Assembly: GCA_963674825.1 (NCBI GenBank)
Contig: OY771587.1
Span: 1,472,001 to 1,536,000 of the forward strand
Reading direction: 5' to 3'
Source of the DNA: Candidatus Cloacimonadales bacterium
GTDB taxonomy: Bacteria > Cloacimonadota > Cloacimonadia > Cloacimonadales > JAIOQZ01
Length of the DNA stretch: 64,000 bases
Both the position numbers and the translations under genes were made by a program. Positions 30,962-41,400 of this stretch are shown in pieces. Each line of letters opens with the position of its first letter. Position 1 is the first letter of the stretch. The notes under the pieces are model-generated. The model was not told the origin of the DNA, made no database searches, and saw only the letters and a program-made list of their open reading frames with translations.

Positions 30962-33304
30962 CTATTTCAGCAATAAGGTTTTACACATCTGGGAGATTCC
31001 ATTGGTTTGGAGCCTTATGAAGTAAATACCACTCGAGACCGGCTTTCCGTCATCGTCCTGTCCCTGCCACGTAACTTCGTGCGTTCCTTCCGAAAGAGTC
31101 GCATCCACAAGTGTTTTTACCTTCTGTCCGCGGATATTGTACACATTGACGGAAGCCTTCCCCTTCTTCATCGAGAAGGATATCGTAGTGCTTGGATTGA
31201 AGGGATTGGGATACGCCTTGATCTGATAAGTAACAGCCGGACTGGCCTGCTCCAATCCTGCCTCCATGCTGCTATTGACTGCGCCCGGAGTGCCATGAAT
31301 CACACTCGAAGCCTGCCAGCTTGAAGCCAGTGAGTTATCGCTGGTAGCATCCACCAGCTCGAGAGTCGGCCCGTTTCCATCCGGTTCGGCGGGCCAGGGT
31401 GCTTCGTCGTCGTATTCAACTGAATCGATGATCGTGTTGTTGGAGTTAAAAAGGCGAATCAATTCACCGCCACCGCTGAGGCCAAATCCGGTATCGCCCA
31501 CGAAATTAGTGACATTCGGATGCATCTCGGAAAACAGCTCGGAGTCTTCGCAAATCACAAGGTAGTTGTCGGCTTCCAGAATCACATCGTTCGGAATCTG
31601 GAAGGCATGGTCGTCGTCCTCGTCCTTGAATACCCAGCCGGAGATATTCACCGCTTCCGTGCCGGGATTGTAGAGCTCTACCCAGTCTTCAGTGCTGAAG
31701 TCATCCGGTGAATTGTAATTGATTTCATTGATCACCACTACACCCGTTTCACCCACCACGTTCACCGTCTCGAATTCGTACTGTGCTCGTGCGGGATAGA
31801 ATGCGCCCTGGTCACTATTCTCAGCGTAGATATAGTAGTCGATGTCGCCATAACTGGCAGTGAGATCGACACCATAGATCCCATCATTCGCGTTTCCATC
31901 GCCATGAGCGCCGTCGTCCAGCATATACACTTCGAAGAAAGAATCGGAAACATTCTCACGATAGCCAAGCAAAACCTCGTCAGCATCATCCACCTGGGCG
32001 GTGATGTAGATCGTCTCGCCCGGTGTGACATCCTGGTCGGATGGCTGGACATCCGAGATCACCGGAACAGTCCCCTGGAAGAGAGCGTGGTCCAGCAGAA
32101 AATCGCTTCGGACATCCATCAGTTGAGTGATACCCAAGATATTTCCCTGCGGTCCCGATCCGACAGTCGAGTAGATATTCTGCTGGAAATACACGTATGG
32201 ATAGAGTTTGTTGGGATCAGCCTGATAATCCTCGTCGATGATCTCCTGAATCTCGAGCGCACGGTCTTCGTACCATCCATTCTCGAAATTCTCTTCGATC
32301 ATGGTTCGCATGTGCGCGATATACTTCTTCTGATAGCGATCGTTGGTCAGAATCTGCGAGATGATTGGGTAATTAGCGCTGTCGATGTTGAACAGGGGTG
32401 TAAGCTGCTGCATCTGGGTAAGCGTCAGGTGACTTCCTGACATCACGTTCGCGAAGACGCCAAAGTTCTCGTTGAGGTCCCAGATGATAGGGTTGAACCG
32501 TCCGGCCGCATCCTGAAAGATATAATAGTTGTGCCCATAATTAACCGGCGCATCCAGGTTGATGCACAGGATGTCAAAGGCCAGCATCCACAGGTGACGA
32601 TCAACGTTCAGAACCGATTCGATCTGCTCCGGTTCGTTGTTGAACGTATCCAGAAAATCGATTAGATCCTCCCAACCTTCATCAGATTCGATTTCGTAGA
32701 AATTGTAGTAACTATCCTCGTTCTCACCCAAATATCCCCATACCACCGCTGCACCTGCATTACCGGCGATCTCACCCTTGAAGCGAGGCCTGTCGTTCGT
32801 TTGAAAATGGGTGATGCCGAAGTATTTATCCACGTCCTGCACACTAGTATATAGTCCGATCAGCTCATCGTTCACATAGACGTTGGCGTAATTCGCGAGG
32901 CTGGAAGGCAGGTATTTTCGTGCGATTTCATAGCTGAGGGCTTCTCGCACAAAAGACGGGTCTTTGAATCCGTTGGAAAGCTTGAGCGTACCGTAATTAT
33001 CGTAAAGCTGGTCGTCGATCACATAGTCGAGCTTGATATTGAATGGGTTCTTCGTCTGGTTGGCCGAATAGCTGCTGTTTCCTTTGTAACGAACGCCAAC
33101 GCTATCGAACTGAACGCCGTTGACAACTGCCGTTCCTAAAAGCCGTTCTTCGTCTCCTGCAGCATAGAGCTGATCCAGAATCTGATCCCAGTTGTCCTGC
33201 TCGAAATAGAGCTCGATTGTGTTGATCTGATCGATGTTATAAAAATCCTGCGCAAACGCGGCAGACACAGAAATAGCGATAAACAGCAGATAAATCCACT
33301 TCAT
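30962..33304 (-). CDS. CotH kinase family protein with lamin-tail domain and T9SS/FlgD-Ig tail
   Basis: GVRYKGNSS, HNYYIF, IIWDLN; DDGAHGDG; INEINY..DWVELYN..GTPGA; YPNPFNP tail. Confidence 0.88.
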   Translation of the reverse strand: MKWIYLLFIAISVSAAFAQDFYNIDQINTIELYFEQDNWDQILDQLYAAGDEERLLGTAVVNGVQFDSVGVRYKGNSSYSANQTKNPFNIKLDYVIDDQLYDNYGTLKLSNGFKDPSFVREALSYEIARKYLPSSLANYANVYVNDELIGLYTSVQDVDKYFGITHFQTNDRPRFKGEIAGNAGAAVVWGYLGENEDSYYNFYEIESDEGWEDLIDFLDTFNNEPEQIESVLNVDRHLWMLAFDILCINLDAPVNYGHNYYIFQDAAGRFNPIIWDLNENFGVFANVMSGSHLTLTQMQQLTPLFNIDSANYPIISQILTNDRYQKKYIAHMRTMIEENFENGWYEDRALEIQEIIDEDYQADPNKLYPYVYFQQNIYSTVGSGPQGNILGITQLMDVRSDFLLDHALFQGTVPVISDVQPSDQDVTPGETIYITAQVDDADEVLLGYRENVSDSFFEVYMLDDGAHGDGNANDGIYGVDLTASYGDIDYYIYAENSDQGAFYPARAQYEFETVNVVGETGVVVINEINYNSPDDFSTEDWVELYNPGTEAVNISGWVFKDEDDDHAFQIPNDVILEADNYLVICEDSELFSEMHPNVTNFVGDTGFGLSGGGELIRLFNSNNTIIDSVEYDDEAPWPAEPDGNGPTLELVDATSDNSLASSWQASSVIHGTPGAVNSSMEAGLEQASPAVTYQIKAYPNPFNPSTTISFSMKKGKASVNVYNIRGQKVKTLVDATLSEGTHEVTWQGQDDDGKPVSSGIYFIRLQTNGISQMCKTLLLK

Positions 33305-33447
33305 TGATCCTCCCGTACGATTACGTCCTGATTGTGTAGGCGTATTGTATAAGACAAATCCTAACAGAATATTCTGCGGTCATTCGCACTTTTTTTTCTG
33401 TCACGGAAAAACAGTGTGGATTCTCGATAAAGTGGATGTACATGGGA

Positions 33448-35799
33448 TTACTTGAGAAGCAGCATTTTGCGTTGCAGTACCTGGTTGCGGATCTTCATAC
33501 ACACGAAATAAATGCCTGATGCAACGGAACTGCCATTTTGGTTGCGGCAATTCCATGTCACCTGGTGCAATCCCGCGTCACACTTTCCGGATGCAAGAGC
33601 AGCGACGCGCTGGCCCTTCACGTTGTAGATCGCTACATCCACGTCCGATGCGCTTTTCAGCGAGAACTGGATACCGGTCTGGCTTCTCACCGGGTTCGGA
33701 TACACGGGATAAAGCCTCGCGCTGGGTAGATGGCTGTCAACTTCGTCGATCGACAATCCTTCGACTGGTACCTCGCAGTAGGTGTCGGGTAGATTGTGTC
33801 CACTGACGGCGATGGTGAGGATACCGGGATTCATGGGGGGGGTATCGAAAACAAGAGAAGCCGGCTGACCACTCTGAGTAACAACTTTCCCGATCACCTC
33901 GCCTTCGAAGATAGCGCCCACAAGGATATCTCCCGTAGCGCTTCCTACGGTTGTCACCACCAGTTCAATGGATGTCGAGCCCATGTCGAGGCTATCAGGG
34001 ATTTCAACCGTCACCTGCGCCGGAGCATCAGTCCATAGATCGAGTGTGGAATCACCAAGCAAGGTTGTAACGTAAAAAGCCCACTGGAGCTGGTTTCCCG
34101 GTACGATAAACGGTACGGAATCGTCACGACTGTCGGTTTGCGCCTGTGCGATGCAGGTGATGTTCTCGCCGAACAACGCATCGAAGAACTCCCGCTGGTA
34201 GTGTTGCGAAGCGCCGTTGGTATTGGTGCTGCTTCCCAGCCCGAAACGGGTGTTGCCAATGAAGCAGACGGCCCCTGTTTCGAGAGTCACCCACTGCTCG
34301 GCCATGCAGTCGATCTCGGATTCGTTATTGAAGGCGTCGCGGTTATCGAAGGCACAGGAGTAGCAGCTTTGTGTGTAGATGATGTAGTAGGTATGGTTGA
34401 CGCCGTCATTCGTCAAGTTTTCTGTCGTGATATGCTCCGGGTAGTGGCGTAGCGCGTTGTGAACAGAGCCATGACCGATATGCGACACCAGGTGCATGCC
34501 TCCATTGAGCACCACGCGAAGGTCGTCGCCTCCCCAGTAGTCATCCACATCGTAGAGGGTTGTCACATTAATGTTCTCTGGGACTCCGGCGGTCGTAAAG
34601 CCGTACAGGTCACAACCCTGGTGAATCTCTTCCATGTAATCGCGACCGTTGTTTGTCCAGCCGAGATATTCACCGGCCATCAGCGCGGTGTTGAGATCGT
34701 CAGTAACGGGTTGTGTCTGGTAGAGTATCTGTTTATTCACAAAGTTCTGCGCTTCCTCGACGGTATCCACAGGAGCTCTTGCGCCATAAACTTCGCTGTA
34801 GTAGTCGGTCTCGAATGGCTCCCCATAGATGCCGTCGCCATCGCCATCCCAATCGCCATCCAGATTGAAGAAATAGAGGTCGCAGGGTATATCAGCGTCT
34901 GTAATCGCGCCTGTCCTCAGCCAGAAACCTCGGTGTGGCAGGTTTTCGTCATCACCAGCAATCAACACGTATTGGATTCCACTCTGCTCGTACTGCTCAA
35001 TAATATAGTTACGGATCTTGTCCTGATCGTCAGTTCCCGTCGTGCTTTCGAGAATCTCCTCAGCGCTTGCGATCTGCGTCCGGATTCCGAGCCCGTTCTT
35101 GTAATCTGCAAGTACGGAAAATGCATCCATAAAGGCTTCCGGCGTGATGATAAGATAGTCATAGTAGTCGCGATTCCGCTGGGTAGGGCTGTAGCGCATG
35201 GCATCTTGCGGGTTAATCACCATCTGTGAGAGCCGTCGCAAAGTTTCTTCATCGCCACGTACAGTGGAGAGTGCATTGCGCGATTCCTTGTCGATGCCAG
35301 TTTCGATTGCGATGTCGAGGTTCGGATAAAATGATATTGCTTCTTGCTGTGGAAGATAGCGCGCAGGATAGATCAGCAATGTGTAGATGCGATAGCCGCG
35401 AAAGAATCCCAGATGCGGATTGCCATAAGACTCTTCGGGAAAAGCGTTCATCGAGCGGACATCATCATTCAACGGCGTGAAGCCAGTTCCCATCTGTGAT
35501 AGTGGGTATTGCTGCTGCACGGGATAAATCTCGCCCGGAAGCGCCATCAACATTGCTTTGCCGGTAACAGTCACTCCGGTGACAGCCTGAGATGGCGGAA
35601 GCAGAATCTTTAATGCGTAGGCCGGGAGTGACGGTTCACCGGGGAGCCCTGTGTTGACAAGCCCATCGATGGCTACCATGTATTTACCGGATACCGGTTC
35701 AAGTTTCGGTGATGGGAAATCGAGGTTGTAGTGAAAGGTTTCAGCTATCAGCATCAGGGTCAGGACAGTCAGCAGCAACGAGAGTATCAGCTTCTTCAT
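33448..35799 (-). CDS. C25 family (gingipain-like) cysteine peptidase with propeptide and T9SS tail
   Basis: Propeptide GEPSLP; YLIIT; YVLIAGD; catalytic HIGHG and QSCYS; LLGD; YPNP...SGIYF tail. Confidence 0.88.
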   Translation of the reverse strand: MKKLILSLLLTVLTLMLIAETFHYNLDFPSPKLEPVSGKYMVAIDGLVNTGLPGEPSLPAYALKILLPPSQAVTGVTVTGKAMLMALPGEIYPVQQQYPLSQMGTGFTPLNDDVRSMNAFPEESYGNPHLGFFRGYRIYTLLIYPARYLPQQEAISFYPNLDIAIETGIDKESRNALSTVRGDEETLRRLSQMVINPQDAMRYSPTQRNRDYYDYLIITPEAFMDAFSVLADYKNGLGIRTQIASAEEILESTTGTDDQDKIRNYIIEQYEQSGIQYVLIAGDDENLPHRGFWLRTGAITDADIPCDLYFFNLDGDWDGDGDGIYGEPFETDYYSEVYGARAPVDTVEEAQNFVNKQILYQTQPVTDDLNTALMAGEYLGWTNNGRDYMEEIHQGCDLYGFTTAGVPENINVTTLYDVDDYWGGDDLRVVLNGGMHLVSHIGHGSVHNALRHYPEHITTENLTNDGVNHTYYIIYTQSCYSCAFDNRDAFNNESEIDCMAEQWVTLETGAVCFIGNTRFGLGSSTNTNGASQHYQREFFDALFGENITCIAQAQTDSRDDSVPFIVPGNQLQWAFYVTTLLGDSTLDLWTDAPAQVTVEIPDSLDMGSTSIELVVTTVGSATGDILVGAIFEGEVIGKVVTQSGQPASLVFDTPPMNPGILTIAVSGHNLPDTYCEVPVEGLSIDEVDSHLPSARLYPVYPNPVRSQTGIQFSLKSASDVDVAIYNVKGQRVAALASGKCDAGLHQVTWNCRNQNGSSVASGIYFVCMKIRNQVLQRKMLLLK

Positions 35800-35888
35800 G
35801 ATGGAATCCTCTGTTATTATTTTAGATAAAAGTTTGCAAGGAATGTTCCATAACCAGCGATATTTGTTTGGATTGTGTTGCTGAGATG

Positions 35889-35915
35889 AAAAGGCAGGTC
35901 GGGCGACCTGCCTTT
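35889..35915 (-). terminator. Intrinsic terminator of the 36149-38284 gene
   Basis: AAAAGGCAGGTC-gggc-GACCTGCCTTT. Confidence 0.8.
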
Positions 35916-35925
35916 AAATATACAC

Positions 35926-36147
35926 TTCGTTCTCACTTCGTGAAAACCGATGATCCAATCCAACGATCCACTTTCGCTATTTCGCTTCGCGAAAGGAGAT
36001 TGTCGAAAATATCTCCGCTAACATGAATTCGCTGCGCAAATGGTTTTCGTTTTGACTGCGTCAAAGCCGACTATCCACTAACATGACTTCTCTTCGCGAA
36101 GTCACATCGTTCGATGTTTTCGTTTCTGCTGCGCAGAAGCCGAAAAT
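35926..36147. repeat. Modular palindromic repeat cluster A (REP/BIME-like mosaic)
   Basis: Three TTCGTT-hairpin-CCGA units (35926, 36046, 36119); CTAACATGA-hairpin units; 79-bp block 35963-36041 matches 59641-59719 at 78 of 79 nt. Confidence 0.85.
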
Positions 36148-36148
36148 A

Positions 36149-38284
36149 TTATTTCATCAGCACCATCTTCTGGGTCATGACCTTGCTGTCGGCATTGAGG
36201 CGATAGAAGTAAACGCCGCTGGAGACGTTCTTTCCTGATTCGTCTGTACCGTTCCAAGTGACCGAGTTGTTACCCTTTTGCGCTCTTCCGTCGAAGAGGG
36301 TCTTGATCTTCTGACCGCGGACGTTGTAAACCGCGAGTTCTGCGTTCATATCACTGGGAACGCTGAAGCCGATGGTTGTTTCCGGGTTGAAGGGGTTCGG
36401 GAAGTTCTGGTCGAGGCTGATTGCCTGGCTTACAGACGGGGCTTCGTCGTCGGTTTCCCACGGGTTGAAATCTACATCGATCGCCATGTAGGTGACGGTT
36501 CCGCCGTTATTATCGCCAAGATTGTTCTGGGCATATGAGCCGAAGCTGTTATCGTTAAAGTACATGATGTGCAGCTTACCGTGGTTGTCGCCGAGGTCTT
36601 CGATCTTATCACCAAGATAGAGATAAACCGGTATCTGATTTTCAAGCTGTTCGATATAGTGTCCATCGGGATCAGTCGGGCAAGCGTTCATCACGATTGG
36701 ATCAGACCAAGTGGTGCCGTTGTCGCCGGAGATCGCGATCATGATCTCAGGTACGGAAGCATAGTCGGTATATTCCTCCCAACCGTATGAGTTGTAGAGG
36801 TATTCTTTGGTTCCATCCGACCATATTGCCGCCATCCAGCTTTTGTCCTCATTGTAAGCGATTTTGTAGTAGTTCTCATGGAAAGCCTGATCTGTATCGT
36901 AGTAATAGATTGGCCAATAACGTACAGCGTTGATGGTTCCTGTATCTTCATAGAATTCGTCCACTACGCCGTCTTCGTTCACATCCCAAGGCAGGAACGG
37001 CATTCCGTCGGTCGGATTAGCGCTCTGCGGGTAGAGGTCATAGTTAAGGAATTCTTCCGTATTCGAATCGTAGATGAAGGTTCTCATCTGGAGATAATCC
37101 GGCCAGTAAACGTTATCGCCACCTGAGTTTCCCTGCATTGAGAAGGGAGCCTGGAAGTGAAGGCAATCTTCGTTGTCCCATATCGCCGTCATGTGTCCGG
37201 AATGGGAGAACGAGAAATAGAGATCGGAAGAATCGGTCGGCCAGTTGCTGCCGTCCTCATTCAGTGGGCTATCGACATACACTTCTGAGTTGACGACATG
37301 ATATTCCCATTCGCCTTCGCAGAAGTTGTTGTTAATCAGAACAAAGTAATCGGAATCTTCATCCAGGAAGTAGTCTTCGCCACCGGCGAGATATCCGAAG
37401 ATCGCGAACTTACCGTCCCAAGTCACGGCTGATGAGAAGAATGGGCGAATCCAGTCGGGATCGGCATTCCATTCGTCCATTTGCGGGATGGTGATGTAAG
37501 TCCAATCGAGTGTCGGGAATACGCCGGTCTCGATATCGGATGTCGAATAATCGGCATACGCGATAACCACATTTTCGGAAGGATTTCCGGCATCGGAGTG
37601 GGCAGCGTTGTTATTAGCCAGAACATAGACGCGGCGCTTTCCGTCCGTATCATAACTGGGAGCCTGGCTGATATAAACATAGGGCCACAGGAACTGGTCG
37701 TCGGAGAATGGCGGTTCGAAATCGATGCCCGACCAATCACTATTGGGGATGATCGTAAACGGTGTACTGAAAAGCCCGGGGGACTGCAGAAGGTGCCATA
37801 CATCCATGCCCAGTGCGCAGTCATAGATCGAGCCAACGCCAGATTCGAAATGCCAGGCATAGATCGGATCCTGCGTCTCGGGATCGATATCGACACCGGC
37901 GTATCCTTCGTACTGGTCCGTCTGGCCAACGTAATTCGTTGAATTGGGTGTTCCATCCGGGTTGATGTAAACAATATACTCACGACGCTCTGAGGCTGCC
38001 GTTTCCTTTCCATGGAACAGCAGATAGACGCCGCCGTTGTCCTGTACTCGGACCGGTTCGCCATTGTAGCTGCCCATCATGTAGTCGAAAAACGAGCTCT
38101 GGATATCCACGGGCTCAACCATGAATTCCCATTCCGGTACCATACGTGAGGCAGCGGCAGTCCGTCCTACTTCGGCACTATTATCGAAACGTGCTTCTTT
38201 CTGCGGTCCAGGCTGCATCGCATTTGCCACAAGCATACCGGCAATCGCGACAAGCAAGACCAAAAATACCATACTTTTGCGCAT
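36149..38284 (-). CDS. Secreted acidic protein (probable beta-propeller) with T9SS/FlgD-Ig tail
   Basis: Signal peptide; Asp-box-like SGDNGTTW; LDQNFPNPFNP...SSGVYFY...KMVLMK. Confidence 0.82.
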   Translation of the reverse strand: MRKSMVFLVLLVAIAGMLVANAMQPGPQKEARFDNSAEVGRTAAASRMVPEWEFMVEPVDIQSSFFDYMMGSYNGEPVRVQDNGGVYLLFHGKETAASERREYIVYINPDGTPNSTNYVGQTDQYEGYAGVDIDPETQDPIYAWHFESGVGSIYDCALGMDVWHLLQSPGLFSTPFTIIPNSDWSGIDFEPPFSDDQFLWPYVYISQAPSYDTDGKRRVYVLANNNAAHSDAGNPSENVVIAYADYSTSDIETGVFPTLDWTYITIPQMDEWNADPDWIRPFFSSAVTWDGKFAIFGYLAGGEDYFLDEDSDYFVLINNNFCEGEWEYHVVNSEVYVDSPLNEDGSNWPTDSSDLYFSFSHSGHMTAIWDNEDCLHFQAPFSMQGNSGGDNVYWPDYLQMRTFIYDSNTEEFLNYDLYPQSANPTDGMPFLPWDVNEDGVVDEFYEDTGTINAVRYWPIYYYDTDQAFHENYYKIAYNEDKSWMAAIWSDGTKEYLYNSYGWEEYTDYASVPEIMIAISGDNGTTWSDPIVMNACPTDPDGHYIEQLENQIPVYLYLGDKIEDLGDNHGKLHIMYFNDNSFGSYAQNNLGDNNGGTVTYMAIDVDFNPWETDDEAPSVSQAISLDQNFPNPFNPETTIGFSVPSDMNAELAVYNVRGQKIKTLFDGRAQKGNNSVTWNGTDESGKNVSSGVYFYRLNADSKVMTQKMVLMK

Positions 38285-38396
38285 AATTCCTCCTTACTCG
38301 ATATTATAAACGCATATCAAATTTGCCGGGTTAATAATGCTTGCCGCTGTAAGGTGTTGTCAAAGAAAAAAGTTTGGCGCAAGTTTTTGGCAGTAC

Positions 38397-38430
38397 AAAA
38401 GAAAGCGGCTCCCGGGAATGGGAGCCGCTT
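38397..38430 (-). terminator. Intrinsic terminator
   Basis: AAGCGGCTCCC-gggaat-GGGAGCCGCTT with adjacent A-rich run, about 20 nt after the stop at 38450. Confidence 0.8.
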
Positions 38431-38449
38431 ATAGTTCGGAAAGAACCGA

Positions 38450-41400
38450 TTATCTGCGTCTTGTAGAAGGTGCTTCGGTGTCTGCGGTGATCTTGTAGAA
38501 GTACTTGGTTCCCACAGCGCCATCGACATCGATGTAATTCGAAGTGGTTGTGCTATCGTACAGTGTCAGCATTTCAGGATTGGTACCACGATAGATATGG
38601 TACTGAGCCGCGTTGGTGACATCTGCCCAATCAAGTTCGACGTTGTTGCCGTTGATTACGATCACGACATCGGTCGGAGCTTCGACGATTCCACCCACAA
38701 CTGAGTTCTCAGCACCAGGTGTACCGTAATCGACAAGGCTGGCAGCCCAGTTTTCTGCGAGGCTGTTGTCGAGGTTGGTTCCAAGGAGTTCAAGTGAAGG
38801 ACCGCTGCCGTCGCAAACGCTCGGCCAGTCACCACCGTCGTCGTATGACACATAGTCGATGACCTGTCCGCTGGCGGTACGAAGCTCGATTGCTTCACCA
38901 CCATTGCTCAGTGCACCGTCAGTCCATTCGAATACCTGATAGCCGTTGCCTTCGTATGTTGCGGCAGTCAGAGCTACGATGATGTATTCACCAACAGCAA
39001 TGGATGCCCCTTCGGGGAATACATAGGTGATACCTGATTCGAAGTACACACCATTGAGGTCAACCGTTTCGGTATCGGCGTTGTAGATTTCCACAAATTC
39101 CCATGGATCGTCTGTGTCGATGGCATTGTAGAGAATCTCGTTGATAACCAGCGCTGGCGGCGGAACATCGTCGTCGATGATCACCAGCTCATACTGGTCC
39201 GGGCTGCCGATAGCAGCGTTGGTTCCACCAGCGATGTTCTGGAGTTCGAAGTACAGCGTATCGGCGTCTTCAACTGCTGAGTCATCGGTGATGGTGATTG
39301 TGACAGTTTGGTCGCTTCCATCGTTAGCCGGGAAGGTTACAGACTGTGTAGTATAGTTATTGACCTGTGCTGCGTCGCCGTAAACCAGTACGACATCGAC
39401 GGTAGTAGCAACGGTTTCGCTGGGGCTGGTGATTGAAAGGACCAGGTCAAACGTTCCCTGATCTTCGTTGTATTCACCGAATCCCGGATTGAAGCGAACC
39501 ACTGTGTCGATATTATATACAGAGTTCTGAGCGCCCGGTGTACCGTAATCGACAGCACTCGGTGACCAGTTGATACCAAGGCTGTTATCAAGGCTCGGTG
39601 CAATGAGCTCAAGTGAAGGGCCATTTCCGTCGGGAAGGTTCGGCCAGTCGCCTGAATCGCTGTAAGTGACTTCATCAACGACAGCATCGTCTGCGCCGAC
39701 AAGGGTGATCGCTTCGCCGCCGTTGCTCAGTCCACCGGAGGTCCACTCTGCGTCAGCCTGGAATCCGTAGAAATTTTCGAAAGCGGTTGCGTTGACTGCA
39801 ACGACGAAATAGTCGTTAGCAGCGACAACGTCGCCACTCAGGAAAGTGTAGGTCACACCAGCGCCAAAGTAGAAGCCTTCAAGGTCAACTTCGCTATCGC
39901 CGGCGTTGTAGATTTCGATGAATTCGAGGGTGTCGGTTCCAGCCTCAGGCGGGTTGTAATTGATTTCGTTGATCACGAGCTCGATCAATGCAGGCTCGGT
40001 GTAGGTGAAGTTGAACGATTCACCATCGGTACCGTTGCCGCTGAGGTCTTCAACGTCATTGATTTCGATGGTGAAGTTTCCGTAGGTAAGGCCTGTCACG
40101 GTCAGAGTCACTTTCGAGTTGTCCACGTCGTCGCGAACAGCATTGGTAACCAGAACGGTACGGCTGTAGATGTAGTAGTTTTCGATTTCCTGTGCTGATG
40201 TTTCTTCGACATCTTCGTTGAAGTCTACAACAACGGTCGAAGCATCGACCACAGTAACATCGTCAACTGTAGGAGGATCTGTATCGGCTACGGAGTATTC
40301 GGTCACGTCGGCTTCGTAGCGCGGTTCGAGCTTGTACTGCTCGTAGCTGAAGTTACCGATACCGATGATATCATAGTCATAGCCAAGAGTGCGAACGTAT
40401 CCGGAAAGCATCTGGTCATCAATTTCCAGAATACCGTTTCCGTCGTCAACCTGCCACTGGCCACTGCCCGAATCGATGCTGACGCATTCCGCGTTGAGCA
40501 CCTTCACCAAGACACCTTCGTATTCTTCAGTAAGGCCGGCGGTGGTGATTGTGATGATTGCGGGAAGCGCGTTGCCGGATGAAACGATATTGAACCCGGT
40601 CACGCTACTGAGTTCAGTAAGTCCAAAGTACTCAGCGACAGTAGCGGTAACCGTTACCATGTCGCCTTCAGCCGGAGCATTTACTGTATCATAAACCCAG
40701 ATACCGTTCCATGCGCCGTCACCATCCTGAAGATAGTAACCATTGTATGCAAGACCGGTAACGATACCACTGGTAGTGACGATCTGGCCAACATACGGAG
40801 AGGTTTCTACTTCACCCTGGATCATATGAATGGTGATGCCGGTCGCGATAGTATAGTTGTATTCAGGACTAAAAGCGTTATCGCTCTGGTCGTCGATCGC
40901 TTCGATCTTGTAATAGACGGTGGTTCCGCCAGCCTGAGCCGGAATCACGGAGTTCGTAACCCAGGTGTTGCCCGTTTCGATACTCATTGCGATTTCGTTG
41001 CCGAGAACACCGGAAGCTGTTCCCCACCAGCACTTGACGGTCGAAACAGAGCGAGCATCGTCAACGACGTCTGCGCGAACGGTTACGGCATCGGATGCAC
41101 CCGGAGCAGCCGGATCGATGCTTACGTTCGAAATCTGCGGCGGAAGGTTTCCACCCTGGAAGAAGCCGAGGATGTTAATATCGTCGATTTCCCAGCGATG
41201 TGCTGCTGATGTTGTTGAAACATATTTAAAGGCTACATAGACTGTTCCACTAAATGCGGAGAGGTCGATGGTTCCGGAGTTGGTCCATGCCCAGCCACCG
41301 GCGGAAAAGGAACACTGTGAGCTAAGATCGGTCCAGGCGAAGCCTGTTGGATCGCTGGTTCCGTCGTAGGTGTTAGAGATCATCACATAGAGGTCGTCTC

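Noticed and set aside
36076..36115. CACTAAC...GTTCGAT units as integron attC sites
   Set aside because: They are only about 40 nt, shorter than known attC sites; GTTCGAY does not fit GTTRRRY; there are no cassette ORFs between them and no integrase.
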